Shown: one piece after another, positions 19,855 through 32,000 of the stretch | Numbering within the stretch: position 1 is the stretch's first letter | How the letters are laid out: each line of letters begins with the position of its first letter | Assembly (NCBI GenBank): GCA_963675595.2 | Contig: CAXXLZ010000002.1 | Span: 1,280,001 to 1,344,000, forward strand | Length of the DNA: 64,000 bases | DNA from: Thermodesulfobacteriota bacterium | GTDB lineage: Bacteria > Desulfobacterota > Desulfarculia > JACQYL01 | Direction: 5' to 3' | Position numbers and translations under genes: made by a program | Notes under the pieces: generated by a model | Seen by the model: only the letters and a program-made list of their open reading frames with translations | What the model was told of the DNA's origin: nothing | Database searches by the model: none

Positions 19855-21524
19855 TGCGAGACCTCCCTTGAATCGGAACCGGACCCACGACGCCCGGAAT
19901 CGAGTGGAGCGTCCTCGACCTGCGCTCCGGGACGTCTGAGCGGAACGAAAAAGGCAAAACGGCAACCTTTTCCACGCCCCTCGCTCTCCACCCGGATTTC
20001 TCCAGAGTGCATTTCCACCAGCCTTTTTGCGGTGGACAATCCCAGCCCCGCACCGGGAGACTTGTCAACGATTCCGCTTTTCACCTGAAAAAAATCCTCG
20101 AACACCTTTTCGTGATACTCCTGATCCAATCCGATACCGTTGTCTTCAACCGATATTTCCAACATCGGCCCATTCTCTCCGGGCGCTTCCCGTGAGGGAT
20201 CTTCTGATCCCAGTTTTGCTCCGACGCGTATCATTCCCCCGTCCGGGGTAAACTTTACCGCATTGGAAAGCAAGTGATACATCACCTGTTTCAGTTTGCG
20301 GGCATCGGCCGGGAAACTCATTTCCCGCAAGTACTCCGGAATGAAGACCTCAACGCCGATGGCATGCTTCACGGACTTCTGCTTGATCAGCTGGAGCGTT
20401 CCCTCGATCAAATCCACCACATTGACGGGTCCTATGATCAGCTCGGCTTTTCCCGCCTCAATCCTGGAAAGGTCCAAGATATCATTAATGACCGATAGTA
20501 AGTGCTTTCCCGACTCAAGGATATCCTCAACATACTCCTGTTGTTTCTCGTTGAGCGGTCCGAAATACTGGTCGCGAAGCACCTCCGAAAATCCGATAAT
20601 CGCGTTCAACGGGGTCCTCAGCTCGTGAGACATGCCGGAAATCAGTTCGGACCTGGCCTTATTGGCTCCCTCGGCCATCTTCTTGGCCTCTTTGAGTCTT
20701 GCCTCCATGCGTGTACGCTGAATCACCAGAGACAGCAGACCCGAAAGTCGCTGCAACACCCCTTTGCTCCATTCGGAGTATCCGCCTTCCGCATTGGCCA
20801 CGGCGATCAGTCCGACCAAAGTGTCACCGAATACGGCGGGAACCGAAAGAAGGTTACGAATCGGTACGTGGCCGGGAGGAGTCCCTTTGGAACGAGGATC
20901 TTCTTCGGGTTTGTTCGACAGCAATGGGGCCTTGTTTTTGAGTACCCAACCCAGTAGTCCGGACATCCCGGAGAAACGAACTTCCTTCCGGTGAATTCGG
21001 CACTCTTCCAGCACGTCTTCCGACCAAACAGGGCAGAGCAAGTCGCCGGTGCCCTCTTCCACATACCCCACAACACCGTGCCTGCTTCCTGTCAGAGATC
21101 GTGCCATATCGAGGACCAGCAAGGCCACTTCCTCCATGGACCTCGCGGCCAGCAACGCGCCGGACAGCTCCGCGATGGCGGCATCCACGCGGGACTGCCT
21201 CTCCATCTCCCTTAGGATATCCTTCTGATCCGTGATCTCTCTCAGAAGAACCAGACCGGACTCAACGCCGTCCGCACCCAGAGGGACCAAGCGAACCTCA
21301 ACGACCTTGCGACCGCCTTCTCCATCCGGCAACTCGAGTTCGGTCGATTCGGATTGGATGGAGTGGTCACTCAGAGAAGTTCCTTCGAGTTCATCTCGGC
21401 GCTTCCCCAGAATCCTTTCGGCCTCACGATTGGCGAAATGGACCTTGCCTTGATCCAACAGGAGGACGCCGTTGAGACTCGCTTCAACGACCTGCATACA
21501 CTTGATGTCCACAAGTTTGCTCAT
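19851..21524 (-). CDS. Cytoplasmic PAS-GAF sensor histidine kinase
   Basis: PAS-like N-terminus; GAF (GTPPGHVPIRNLLSVP); MSHELRTPLN; NAVKFT; DNGIG; GAGLGL. Confidence 0.92.
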   Translation of the reverse strand: MSKLVDIKCMQVVEASLNGVLLLDQGKVHFANREAERILGKRRDELEGTSLSDHSIQSESTELELPDGEGGRKVVEVRLVPLGADGVESGLVLLREITDQKDILREMERQSRVDAAIAELSGALLAARSMEEVALLVLDMARSLTGSRHGVVGYVEEGTGDLLCPVWSEDVLEECRIHRKEVRFSGMSGLLGWVLKNKAPLLSNKPEEDPRSKGTPPGHVPIRNLLSVPAVFGDTLVGLIAVANAEGGYSEWSKGVLQRLSGLLSLVIQRTRMEARLKEAKKMAEGANKARSELISGMSHELRTPLNAIIGFSEVLRDQYFGPLNEKQQEYVEDILESGKHLLSVINDILDLSRIEAGKAELIIGPVNVVDLIEGTLQLIKQKSVKHAIGVEVFIPEYLREMSFPADARKLKQVMYHLLSNAVKFTPDGGMIRVGAKLGSEDPSREAPGENGPMLEISVEDNGIGLDQEYHEKVFEDFFQVKSGIVDKSPGAGLGLSTAKRLVEMHSGEIRVESEGRGKGCRFAFFVPLRRPGAQVEDAPLDSGRRGSGSDSREVSQ

Positions 21525-21670
21525 GCACCCGCCGTGGCGACACACCTGAAATCCCTCGGAGCGTTCGATCGGACTCTCGATCGTCCGTCTTACCTTCAGG
21601 ATGTTGAATCGTTCCCCGGGATCGAGTCCGGATTAGCGTCGGAAAGCTATGAATGCCTAGCCGAAGGAGC

Positions 21671-22063
21671 CTATGGCAGACCCAACCGCCCAAGAGCTTT
21701 TTTGAGTTCCCGCACGTCAATGGGTTTCACGAGGTAGTCCTCGCACTGCTCCGTGAAGGCTCCCACGATTTCGCTCGGATCGTCCACCGCACTGGTCATG
21801 ATGATCTTGACCCCTTGCAGGCCGAAAATTCCGTTTTTCGCCTCCAACTCCCTGATCTGCTTCAGAACCGCACGGCCGTCAAGCTCAGGCATCAGGATGT
21901 CCAGACAAACCAGATCATAGGGGTCGGACTCCCGGAGAGACAGGCGAAAGGCGTCAATCGCTTCTTTGCCGTTCACGGCCACCTCGCAGTTCCCGTACTC
22001 GGACAGCACCCGCGTCAACAGCCTCCGATCAAGAAAATTGTCTTCTACAATCAGCACCTTCAT
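21671..22063 (-). CDS. CheY-like single-domain response regulator
   Basis: MKVLIVEDN, LDILMPELDG, YLVKPI. Confidence 0.9.
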   Translation of the reverse strand: MKVLIVEDNFLDRRLLTRVLSEYGNCEVAVNGKEAIDAFRLSLRESDPYDLVCLDILMPELDGRAVLKQIRELEAKNGIFGLQGVKIIMTSAVDDPSEIVGAFTEQCEDYLVKPIDVRELKKALGRLGLP

Positions 22064-22123
22064 CGATCTATCTCCTCATCACGGCCGAAATCCGCCTCAA
22101 GCACGACGATCTGGTCAAAGCGA

Positions 22124-24199
22124 TTACCGATTGTCATCGGATCGATAAAGCTCGTCAAGGGCGTCGAATAGGCGTTCGCGAACCTTTTCGAACTCCTTCA
22201 TAAGCTGCATGGCCTCCTGCGAGCGGTTCTGTTCGTTTAACGACACGATCTTCTTGGCCAGATCATGGACGGCCTGATGGTGCACGCCCACTTCTTCGAA
22301 TGCGGGCTCCGAAGTCAACTTCTGTCCGTCGGGGCCGAAATACCATTTTCCGAAAGCACAGGATCGGTGGGAGGTCACCTCCTCAGGCCTCAAGGCCTGT
22401 TCTCCTCGAAGCACGGCCTCCAGCTTGGAACGCCATGCCAAGTGAGCGGTTTTCACCGCGCCGATGTCGAATCTCACCGTGCCTATGTTGAACTCCCGCA
22501 TGCGCTCGCTGAGTTTTTCCGCCAGCTTGGAGAGATCCTTGGCGTTCACACCCGCTTGCGACGTTCTCCGCGAGATGGAGACCGTGACTCTACTGATTTC
22601 ATCGATTTCCCGGGCTATGTCGGCGGAAGCCGTCGAGCTTTCGGACACTCGCTCGGTAACATCTTGGATTCCTTGAGCCGCCACCGAGATGTTGCCCGCA
22701 ATGTCTCGGGTCACCACGGACTGTTCTTCCACCGCCGCCGCAATGGCCGAGATCATTTCGTCCATTTCCCCGATCACGGTGGATATCTCGGTAATTTCAT
22801 GCACAGCGCTTTCGGTCGTTCTTTGAATTTCCAGAATTTCCCCCCGGATCTCCTCGGTGGCCCCCACGGTCTGTTTGGCCAGTTCCTTGATTTCATTGGC
22901 CACCACTGCGAAGCCCTTACCCGCCTCACCGGCCCGGGCGGCTTCTATTGTGGCATTGAGAGCCAACAGCTTGGTCTGGTCCGAAATGGCGCTGATGGTT
23001 TCCGTAACCTTGTCGATCTCCGCCGCGGCTCGCCCCAACTCGTCCACACGATCGGATACCGTCTTGGAACGTGCCACAGCGTTGGACGTGACTTCCCGTG
23101 CCTTTTCCGTGTTTTGGGCGATCTCCGTAACCGTGGCCGTCATTTGTTCCGTGGCCGAGGCCACCATGGACGCATTGGTCGAAGTCTGCTCCACACTCGA
23201 GGACACGGCGGACATGTTCCGGCTGGTTTCTTTGGCCGCCGAGTCCACCATATCCGCCCGCCCGGCTGCGGTGTCCACCTCTTCCAGCATTTCTCCCGTC
23301 AAAGACGAAAGCTCGGAGGACGATCGGGAGAGGGCGTCCACCGCGGCGCCCACTTCCCGAAAGGTCTCTCGTAATCTCCCCGCCATCCGATTCAACTGTC
23401 GAATCATCACGGCAAACTCATCCTCGCTCTGAACCTCCAGCGTACGAGTCAGATCACCGTCGGAAACCGCCGCGATAAATTCGCTCGATCGTTGCAGAGG
23501 TTTCAGTACCTGAGCGCGCAGAAGCAGCCACACGGATGCCGTCACCAAGGCCAGAACGCCCAAGGCCCAGAGCGCCACCATCCATCCGGCCCGCATCACG
23601 GCCCGATCGGCGGCGCTCAAAGAACTGATGATCTCGAAAGCCCCATGTATTTCGCCGACCTTCCAGCCTTCCTTGATGCCGCCGATGGGGTCCCGCTCTC
23701 CAGCCGGCGCCCCGTGACAGATAAGACAATCCTCGGTAAGTCGGATGGGTCGGAAGTACCGTATCCGGCCGGGTTCACGAATCGTGATTTCGGAGACTTG
23801 CTTCCGCTTGAGTTCCTCCAGCACGGACGACTCGCGAGGGTCGGGCTCGTTCTTTGGGTTCCGGGGGCTCACCTTGGGAACCCGAAATTCGAACCCCAAT
23901 GTTTGGGCGTTTTCCATGGCCGACCTGATGGCCGTAATGATGGGAACCGCCTGCATTTTTTGCTCTTCCGTAAGCTCATCGAATGGACGGAACAGTCCGG
24001 CTTTCAGGTTCTTGGCCATTTCCTGCCTTATACTTTCCGACATGAGCACCACGGCCTTGCTGCGACTGATAATGGCATCTTCCGCCCCTTTCCGGATGTC
24101 GCCGATTCTTTGGAAGGACAACACAGCCGCAATGACTAAGGTCCCAAGACACGAGAAAAGAATGATCTTCCACTTAACGCTCATCTTCGAAAACCCCAT
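22124..24199 (-). CDS. Methyl-accepting chemotaxis protein with periplasmic c-type heme (DUF3365-like) sensor and C-terminal CZB domain
   Basis: Two TMs; PRNPKNEPD and CLICH; HAMP; [24 protein letters not shown]; CZB HLAW...CAFGKWY...HQAVH. Confidence 0.92.
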   Translation of the reverse strand: MGFSKMSVKWKIILFSCLGTLVIAAVLSFQRIGDIRKGAEDAIISRSKAVVLMSESIRQEMAKNLKAGLFRPFDELTEEQKMQAVPIITAIRSAMENAQTLGFEFRVPKVSPRNPKNEPDPRESSVLEELKRKQVSEITIREPGRIRYFRPIRLTEDCLICHGAPAGERDPIGGIKEGWKVGEIHGAFEIISSLSAADRAVMRAGWMVALWALGVLALVTASVWLLLRAQVLKPLQRSSEFIAAVSDGDLTRTLEVQSEDEFAVMIRQLNRMAGRLRETFREVGAAVDALSRSSSELSSLTGEMLEEVDTAAGRADMVDSAAKETSRNMSAVSSSVEQTSTNASMVASATEQMTATVTEIAQNTEKAREVTSNAVARSKTVSDRVDELGRAAAEIDKVTETISAISDQTKLLALNATIEAARAGEAGKGFAVVANEIKELAKQTVGATEEIRGEILEIQRTTESAVHEITEISTVIGEMDEMISAIAAAVEEQSVVTRDIAGNISVAAQGIQDVTERVSESSTASADIAREIDEISRVTVSISRRTSQAGVNAKDLSKLAEKLSERMREFNIGTVRFDIGAVKTAHLAWRSKLEAVLRGEQALRPEEVTSHRSCAFGKWYFGPDGQKLTSEPAFEEVGVHHQAVHDLAKKIVSLNEQNRSQEAMQLMKEFEKVRERLFDALDELYRSDDNR

Positions 24200-24350
24200 T
24201 CATCACCTCCGTAACGCTCCAAATTGATGGATCGCAATCACCCGGGAGCGGAAAGGCCTCTAACGGGAAGAGTCCCCCGCTCGGAGGTCTCGAGTCCGAT
24301 TCTGCCGGCGTCGGGGTCGACCTTCGACTGTAGGCGGGACCGGCCGACGA

Positions 24351-25199
24351 CTAGACTTTTCGGCCTTTGAGCTGATAAAAAACCGACCTCAGATATCTCT
24401 TGGGTTCGAATCGGTCGCAGACACCCGAAAGATGCTCCGTGGAGCCGATAATCAGGTACCCGTCGGGTTCCAGTAGCGACGCAATCTTGTTGAACAGCTT
24501 GGTTCGGTCCTCAAGGGTAAAATAAATCGCCACATTGCGGCATAGGATGATGTCGAAGCGTCCCAATCCGGCCAACGATTCCAGGAGGTTGGCCTTCTTG
24601 AACATGGCCAGGGAGCGAATCTCGTCCTTGATGCGCCATCGGTCTCCCTGCTTGGTGAAGAATTTTTGGAGCTTATCCTGGGGAAGACCTCGTTGAATCT
24701 CGAACTGATTGTATGCTCCGTAGCTTGCAGAGGCGATGGCCTCATCGGAAATGTCCGTGCCCAGCAGTTTGATATTGTAACTGCGGAAATCCGGCAGCAA
24801 CTCTCGCAACACAATGGCGACACTGTAAATTTCCTGTCCCGTCGAGCAGGCCGCGCTCCATATCCGGATGGGTACGGGTAAAGATCCGCGGTTCTTCTTC
24901 CTGGCATCGATGAGGTCCGGCAATATTTTGTGCTGGAGGAGCTGGAACGGCGCTTGGTCCCTGAAAAAGAGCGTCTCTTTGGTTGTGACCGCGTCTACGA
25001 TTCTCCTTTCCAGCGATTTCGTGGCGTCGGCTCGTGCTTTGTAATAGAATTCGCTGTAAGTGGCACAGCCCAGTTCTTCGGCCAGTTTGCTCAACCGGGT
25101 TTCGATGAGATAGGCCTTGTCCTGGCTCAGAGTGATTCCGGTGATGTTCCGGATGTAGCCGGCCAGGATCTTCATCTCTTCGGGGGTTACTTTGATCAT
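24351..25199 (-). CDS. cheR: Chemotaxis methyltransferase CheR
   Basis: TTKETLFFRD, IWSAACSTGQE, GTDIS, CRNVAIYF. Confidence 0.96.
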   Translation of the reverse strand: MIKVTPEEMKILAGYIRNITGITLSQDKAYLIETRLSKLAEELGCATYSEFYYKARADATKSLERRIVDAVTTKETLFFRDQAPFQLLQHKILPDLIDARKKNRGSLPVPIRIWSAACSTGQEIYSVAIVLRELLPDFRSYNIKLLGTDISDEAIASASYGAYNQFEIQRGLPQDKLQKFFTKQGDRWRIKDEIRSLAMFKKANLLESLAGLGRFDIILCRNVAIYFTLEDRTKLFNKIASLLEPDGYLIIGSTEHLSGVCDRFEPKRYLRSVFYQLKGRKV

Positions 25200-25206
25200 T
25201 GAGCGG

Positions 25207-26331
25207 CTACCCCCTGACGGTCCGCTGGATTTCGGACGCCATCAAGTCCAGAGGAGCCACAATATCGGCGACCCCGGCGTCCACCGCTTCCTTGGGCATG
25301 CCGTAAACCACGCAGGAAGCGGCGTCCTGCGCGATGACCAACGCACCCTTTCGCTTCATCAGCTTCAGTCCCAGCACGCCGTCGGACCCCATTCCGGTCA
25401 TGATCACCCCGGTGACACGATCCTCGTACACCTGAGCCATTGACCTGAAAAGATAATCGGCGGAAGGCCTGCAGTTGTTTTCCGGAGGATCGTTGGTAAT
25501 TCGGACGATCTTCCTGCCGTCCAATCCGGCGGCGATCTTCATCTGCTTGCCCCCCGGAGCAATGTAGGCCCGGTTGGCCGTGACCTCCTGCCCGTCCTCG
25601 GCTTCCACAACTTCAAGGGCGCACTTGGCGTTCAGGCTTACGGCCAGATGTTTGGTGAACATGGGCGGCATATGTTGGACAATCAAGACGGGGACTCCCA
25701 TGTTCGCGGGAAGCGAAGGCATCATCACCGATAAGGCGTTGGGACCGCCCGTGGAAATGGCGATACCCACCGCCAGGGATTTCCTCCGCAAACCGGCCGT
25801 GAGGGAATCCATGCGCCGCACCACGGTCGCCGGTTTTTCCTGGGTGATACGTGTCTCGACTTTCCCGGGTGCGGTTGAGGTTCTCGTCTTTCCTTTGAGA
25901 ATTTTCCGAATTTCCCGTTGATGCCCAAAGGCTTTGATCTTGGGCAGCAATGAATCTTTGAGGGCGAGGCGGTTCTCCGCCATGCCGCCGCCCCCCTGAG
26001 GCTTGGGGATGAAATCAAAGGCTCCGAGTTCCAGCGCCCGAATGGTCATCTCGCTCCCCTTCTGCGTGAGCGAGCTCACCATAATGGCGCCTACGTCCAA
26101 AGCCTCCTTCTGTATCTGCTCGAGCGTCTCGAGACCGGTCATTTCCGGCATTTCCACATCGAGGGTGAGTAGATCCGGCTTCAGTGTCTTGATTCTGGAA
26201 AGGGCGATCTTCCCATTGTTCGCCGTGCCCACCACCTCGACACCGGGGATGTCGCTCAACACGTCGCTCACGATCTTCCGATAAACAACCGTATCGTCTA
26301 CAACAAGAACTCGCAGGGGTTTCCCGGTCAT
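25207..26331 (-). CDS. cheB: Chemotaxis methylesterase CheB (REC plus esterase)
   Basis: VLVVDD; ISTGGP, VQHMP, TGMGSDG, VYGMP. Confidence 0.96.
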   Translation of the reverse strand: MTGKPLRVLVVDDTVVYRKIVSDVLSDIPGVEVVGTANNGKIALSRIKTLKPDLLTLDVEMPEMTGLETLEQIQKEALDVGAIMVSSLTQKGSEMTIRALELGAFDFIPKPQGGGGMAENRLALKDSLLPKIKAFGHQREIRKILKGKTRTSTAPGKVETRITQEKPATVVRRMDSLTAGLRRKSLAVGIAISTGGPNALSVMMPSLPANMGVPVLIVQHMPPMFTKHLAVSLNAKCALEVVEAEDGQEVTANRAYIAPGGKQMKIAAGLDGRKIVRITNDPPENNCRPSADYLFRSMAQVYEDRVTGVIMTGMGSDGVLGLKLMKRKGALVIAQDAASCVVYGMPKEAVDAGVADIVAPLDLMASEIQRTVRG

Positions 26332-26448
26332 CCGGACTTCTCCTGGTATTGACGCCGATTTTCTCACACATGCCCGACTGGATCCGCCGCAGGTTTCCCG
26401 AGTACTCAGGGGAATCAATGGGCAGGCTTCGGCAGGGCCGAAACAGCC

Positions 26449-26898
26449 TTATTTGCAGACCTCTTCCACGCTCAGAAGCGCAATCAAATCGCGCTGAGTC
26501 TGCACCACTCCTTGAAGAAAAAGGTCCTTGACCCCCTTTACATTGGGGGGAGCCGCTTCGATCTTGCTTCTGTCCACGGACACTACATCGGCGATCCGAT
26601 CCACCAGAAGTCCGATGAATTCATCCCGAGAATCCACGATAATGTTTCGAGTCTTCTCGGTCGTCACCGTGGAGTTGAGGCCCAATTTCCTGCCCAGATC
26701 CAGGACCGTGATGATCCGTCCCCTCAAGTTCATGATACCCAGAACAAAATCAGGGGATTGGGGTACATCGGTCAGGTTCGAAAACTTGCTGATCTCCTGA
26801 ACGTTTACAATGTCGATGCCGAACAGGGCGTCTCCAATGTAAAACGTCGCCAGTTGCAGGGTCCCCTTCTTCGCTCCGGAATGCATGTCGGTATCCAT
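26449..26898 (-). CDS. cheW: Chemotaxis adaptor CheW
   Basis: FGIDIVNVQEI, VLGIMNLRGRI, GLLVDRI. Confidence 0.95.
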   Translation of the reverse strand: MDTDMHSGAKKGTLQLATFYIGDALFGIDIVNVQEISKFSNLTDVPQSPDFVLGIMNLRGRIITVLDLGRKLGLNSTVTTEKTRNIIVDSRDEFIGLLVDRIADVVSVDRSKIEAAPPNVKGVKDLFLQGVVQTQRDLIALLSVEEVCK

Positions 26899-26973
26899 AA
26901 ATCGCCCCCGCCTCGACGGAAGACGAATTCGGGGGCGATCCGCAACGCCCCCGAATCCTTTTCCTTATTTTCA

Positions 26974-29013
26974 CTAAACCCGAAACTTGCTCACCGCGCT
27001 TCGGAGCTGTTCGGCCAGATTGGACAGTTCATCCGAGCTCAAGGACACCTGGGCGCTGCTGTTTGAAATTTCGGTCGCCGCCTGGTTCACTTCGGCGATG
27101 TCCTCGGCGATTTGGCCGGCCACCGCGGAACTCTGAGACACGTTCTGCGATACTTCCTGGATGCCTTGAGCCGCCTGGGCCACGTTCTCCGCGATGTCCC
27201 TGGTCGTTACGGATTGTTCTTCCACCGCAGCCGCAATGGCCGAGACGATCTCGTTCACGTCCCGGATCACCTGGGAAATCTCCTGGATTTCCGTCACCGT
27301 ATTTGCGATGGACCCCTGGATCCCACCGATTTCCTTTCGGATTTCCTCCGTAGCGCCCGTCGTCTGTTTGGCCAGTTCTTTGATTTCATTGGCCACCACG
27401 GCGAATCCTTTGCCCGCCTCACCGGCGCGGGCCGCCTCAATGGTGGCGTTCAAGGCTAGAAGGTTGGTCTGATCCGATATGGCCGTAATGGCTTCCGTGA
27501 CTTTGCCGATCTCTTCCGCGGCCTTACCCAAGTCGTCCACTCTCGAGGAGGCGCTTTCGGATTTGGATACCGCCTGTGCGCTGATGCCGCGCGCACGCTC
27601 CGTGTTCTGGGCGATCTCGGTGATGGTGGCGGTCATTTCCTCCGTGGCGGAAGCCACTGTGGAGACGTTGGTGGTAGCCTCTTCGGAAGCCGCGGCCACG
27701 GAACTCATGTTGGCGCTCATCTCTTCCGACGCAGCGGCCACGGTGTTGGACTTGCCCGAAGTCTGCTCCGCACCGGCGGACATGCTCTGAGAAATATTGG
27801 ACAACTCGGTCGAGGAAGAGGCCAAGGTGTCCACACCGGATGCAATGTCTTTGAACATCGCGCGCAAATTGCTCGTCATGTCGTTGAGGGCCGCGGCCAG
27901 CATGCCGACCTCATCCTTCTGGTCGATATCCAACTTGCCTGTGAAATCCCCTCCCGACATCTTCTTGGCGAAATCCACCCCCCGGATGATGGGCCGAGTG
28001 ATCATTCTGGTCAGCAGGAACGCCACGATCACACCGATCAACAGTGCGATGGACAATCCCACGATCAGGACCAACGTCGCATCCGAAAGCTTGGCTTCGG
28101 CGTCTGCGGATCGCGTGACCACCTGAGCCAGCGCCGCTGCGGAAGTACTACGAGCATCTTCCAAAATGGTCGCAGCCGTTGCCTCTCTCTGGTTGTCCAG
28201 GTCGCGCATGTGCAACCATGCCTCTAGAAGCGTTTCCATGCCCGAGCGATAACTCTCCCCGGCCGCGCGGATCGCCTCAATCTGAAGCAGATTGTCCTCT
28301 CGTCGGGTCGTCTTTTTCAGTTCGTTCAACTTGGCGTCGATCAGTTCGAAATTTTTCAGGGCCGTCCTCATGGTCTCGGGATTCCGCAGAGCCTGGGACT
28401 TGAAGTTGCCGACACGAGTCAGGTTGCCCAAATTGACCACCTCGGTGACCAAGGCAATTTTCCCGGTCCGCTCCAAGATTTTCACTTCTAGAGCTTTGCC
28501 CAGGACTTCATCCTTAAGAAATTCCTGCTGGCTCACGAGGAACTTGTGTGCGTTTTCCATATATTGCGCCGCGGCGGCATCCAGCACCGTTCGGCTTTGA
28601 TCTATGCGACCGTCCGCTCCTTCAGTTTCGTTCACCAGCCTTTCGTACTCCTCCACCTTCTTTTCGATGGTACCAATATTCTCTTTTAGCTTGACCAGTT
28701 CCGGGTACTTATCCGCCAGACTCCGTGCATCCGCGACAAACTTCTTGACTTGATCCAAGACCTTCCGACCCTTTTCAAGATATTTCTTGTCTTCGGAAAG
28801 TGAATAGCCTCGAATCTCAAACATGGTTTCCATGTAGTTCCGTTCCAGGTCGTTGGCCACCGAAAGCTCAGGAACATACTCCGACGCGGTAACTTCCGAT
28901 TGGTTCCGGGCCTCAATCATGTTAAGGATCGACAAAATGCCCAGAATAATGGAAATGGCGATCAATACCCCGAAACCCAAACCGATCTTCATTCCCAACT
29001 TCAAGTTTTTCAT
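26974..29013 (-). CDS. Methyl-accepting chemotaxis protein with helical periplasmic sensor
   Basis: Two TMs; HAMP (DQKDEVG); [27 protein letters not shown]. Confidence 0.95.
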   Translation of the reverse strand: MKNLKLGMKIGLGFGVLIAISIILGILSILNMIEARNQSEVTASEYVPELSVANDLERNYMETMFEIRGYSLSEDKKYLEKGRKVLDQVKKFVADARSLADKYPELVKLKENIGTIEKKVEEYERLVNETEGADGRIDQSRTVLDAAAAQYMENAHKFLVSQQEFLKDEVLGKALEVKILERTGKIALVTEVVNLGNLTRVGNFKSQALRNPETMRTALKNFELIDAKLNELKKTTRREDNLLQIEAIRAAGESYRSGMETLLEAWLHMRDLDNQREATAATILEDARSTSAAALAQVVTRSADAEAKLSDATLVLIVGLSIALLIGVIVAFLLTRMITRPIIRGVDFAKKMSGGDFTGKLDIDQKDEVGMLAAALNDMTSNLRAMFKDIASGVDTLASSSTELSNISQSMSAGAEQTSGKSNTVAAASEEMSANMSSVAAASEEATTNVSTVASATEEMTATITEIAQNTERARGISAQAVSKSESASSRVDDLGKAAEEIGKVTEAITAISDQTNLLALNATIEAARAGEAGKGFAVVANEIKELAKQTTGATEEIRKEIGGIQGSIANTVTEIQEISQVIRDVNEIVSAIAAAVEEQSVTTRDIAENVAQAAQGIQEVSQNVSQSSAVAGQIAEDIAEVNQAATEISNSSAQVSLSSDELSNLAEQLRSAVSKFRV

Positions 29014-29093
29014 CTCCCATTCTCCTTCTTCGTGAACAGCCTGCCGTTAGGCCTTTTCAACCGGGTCCCCGCACGAAACGGACGAGTCGACCC

Positions 29094-32000
29094 CTATCGC
29101 TGTAGGAACTCATAAATGCTCTTCAGCAACTTTTCCTTGTCCAGCTTGATCTGATAATCGTCGATGCCGGCCTTCACGCCCTTGGCGATATCCTCTTCAC
29201 CGGCCAGAGACGTCACGGCCACCACCGGAAGGTGCGAAAATCGGCTGTCCGATCTGATCTTCTTTGCGAGTTCGTAGCCGTCCATGTTGGGCATCTCGAT
29301 ATCCGTCACCACAACACGGATGCCTTCGGTCTCATTGAGCACGTTCCAGGCCTCGACACCGTCCATCGCGGTAACCACCTTGTACCCCTCCTCTTCGATG
29401 AACCTTCTCACCTGGTTCAGGAAAAACTCCGAGTCTTCCACTACCAAGACGATGGGTGCGGACCCCGTCTCTTCCTCCTTTATGGGCTCTCGGTGCTCGA
29501 ACCAGCCGGGATTCAGCGTTTCCATCAGTTCAAAAACTTCCACCAGCAGGGTCGTCTTTTCACCCACAATGGCCGATCCCATGATCCCGGGCTGCCTGAG
29601 GGTCGAATCGTCGATGTCGATGGCCAGTTCCACCGCGTCCAGCGGAGTCACGCCCAGGAGCCCCACTTCACGGCCCGCGATCTTGAACACGATCACCACG
29701 AGATTTTCTCTTTCCGCCAAGGGGTTGACCGCGGCCGCTTCATCCAGGGAGAACACGGGCAAACTGCCTCCCCGGTAGTGAATGGTCCTCCGCCCTCCGA
29801 CACGTTCAATGTCGGTGGATCGAATGTCCTCCACACGTTCCACCAATTCGAGAGGCACGGCGAACTGCTCGCCTTCGCCGCTCATGAACAGGAGGAATGC
29901 GTGCTTGTCCGTCCTTGCTTTGGCGGCCTCCTCACGAGCCAGCTCCGACGCCCGATCCGTACCCTCGAGAGACGTCAGACCCGCCACTCGAGCCAGACCG
30001 CCCACGTCGAGAATCAATGCAACCCGCCCGTCCCCTAAAATCGTGGCGCCGGCGTATCCCTCGCATTGTTTTAAATGCCGCCCCAAAGGCTTGACCACGA
30101 TCTCCTCGGAATCATGGAACTCTTCCACCACCAGTCCGTATTTGAAGGCCCCGGCGGAAACCACCGTCACGTTCACCGCGCTCGAAGACTGATACCGGCG
30201 ATCCTTCCCGTCGTCTCTTCTCTCCCGAGGAACGTGTGAAGACTCCGCCTCTTCCCCTTCTTCGAAGAATGGATAGGTGGCCGATCTGCGGTCCGCAATG
30301 TTGGCCCGACGATCCGGTTTCTCGTCACCGGATTCCGGATCCGTGTAGGTTCGCCCGATCCCCAGTACGTCGGACAGACGCACTAGGGGCAGCAGCTTCC
30401 CCCTGAGCCTGACCACTTCGGCGTCACCCACCCGCTCGATCCGGTCTTTCACTTGAGCGGCGGGAATTCTCAGTAATTCGTCGAGATTCACCTGGGGGAC
30501 GGCGAAACGTTCTTTGCCGGCCGCCACGAGCAGGCTGGCTATAATGGCCAGAGTGAGAGGAAGCTTAATCCGAATGACAGTGCCCTTGCCCATTTCGGAC
30601 TCGATGTCCACAACGCCCCCGAGCCGGTCCAGGTTCGTCTTGACCACGTCCATCCCCACGCCGCGCCCCGACACGTCGCTCACCTTCTTGGCCGTGGATA
30701 GACCGGGCATAAGGATCAATGCCAGCTTCTCCTTCACGGACATGAGCCGTGCCTGCTGATCCGTGATCAAGCCCTTGGAAAGCGCCGCCGTGACCACGCG
30801 CTCGGGATCGATGCCCGCACCGTCGTCCTGAATCTCGATATTGACCTGCCCGGCTTCGTGGTACGCTTTCAACAGCACGTGCCCCACGACATTCTTGCCG
30901 GAATCCGTCCGAACATCGGGGGCTTCGATGCCGTGATCCACCGAATTTCGTACCAGATGCGTCAAAGGATCACTCAGTCCCTCCAAGATCGTTTTGTCCA
31001 GCTCGACCTCGTTTCCCTCGAGAGTCAGTTTGACCTCCTTGCCCAGATCACGAGCCAAGTCCCGGACGACCCTTGGAAATTTTCCCAGGATATTTCCAAT
31101 GGGCTGCATTCGGGTCATCATGATGGCCTCCTGAAGCTCCGAGGTCACCAAGTCGATCTTTTGCGATGCGATCTCCAGCGCCCGACGGTCGCCTGCGGAA
31201 ACGGACTGCATGAGCTGGTTCCTGCTCAGAACCAGCTCTCCGGCCAACGTCATCAGGTTGTCCAACAACCCCACCTGAACCCTGAGGCTCATGTCCGCCG
31301 GCGCGAGCTGTTTGGCCGCCTCCTCTTTTCCCGCGGGTTCCTTCCTCTTCACGGCCGCGGGAGATTCGGTTTCGGGTTTCTCCACGGGCGGTGCCGCTTT
31401 TTTCGAAGGCTTCGTCTCGGGGGTTTCTTCTTCGGGAGGAGGCGGCGGTGCCGTTTCAGCGGACGCCGTTTGAGCCTCTTCCGCCTCCGGAAGGCTCATC
31501 TCCGGTTCAGCGGCGCCGCCGGCTCCGGGCAACTCGGAATGCAGCGGATAGAGGACGTTGTCCTCCCCCAGCGTGTGTATGTACGAGTCCTCCACCTCGA
31601 ACAGCGCGCCGATGATATCCCGCTCCATAACGGTGGCGATGAGCACCAGGAACGGAATACGGTTGGAAGTTGCACTGTCCTCAAGGGAACCCACGGCGGA
31701 AATGTCCACTCTGCTGGCAATGATGATGCCGCTGTCCTGCAGATTCCTGAGCAGGTCCATGAGTGTCTTGTCTTGGTAGTGTATATCGTGGATCAGATCG
31801 TACTCGACGAAGTAAACGATTCGGCCGTTCTTCTTGGATTGCGCCAGATCAAACTCCGATATCGTAAACATCGTCCTGCCGTCGGGAAATCGAATCTCCA
31901 CTTCTTTGGAAACGGTTTCCTTCTCATCGGCCGGAAGAAACGCCGTGGTCAGTCCGGTGAGCGCCACCGTGTGTTCCGAAATGTCGGTTTCTTCGCTGGT

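Noticed and set aside
22700-27700. Strong nucleotide similarity between ~22700-23170 and ~27200-27660
   Set aside because: Explained by the conserved signalling domains of the two MCP paralogs
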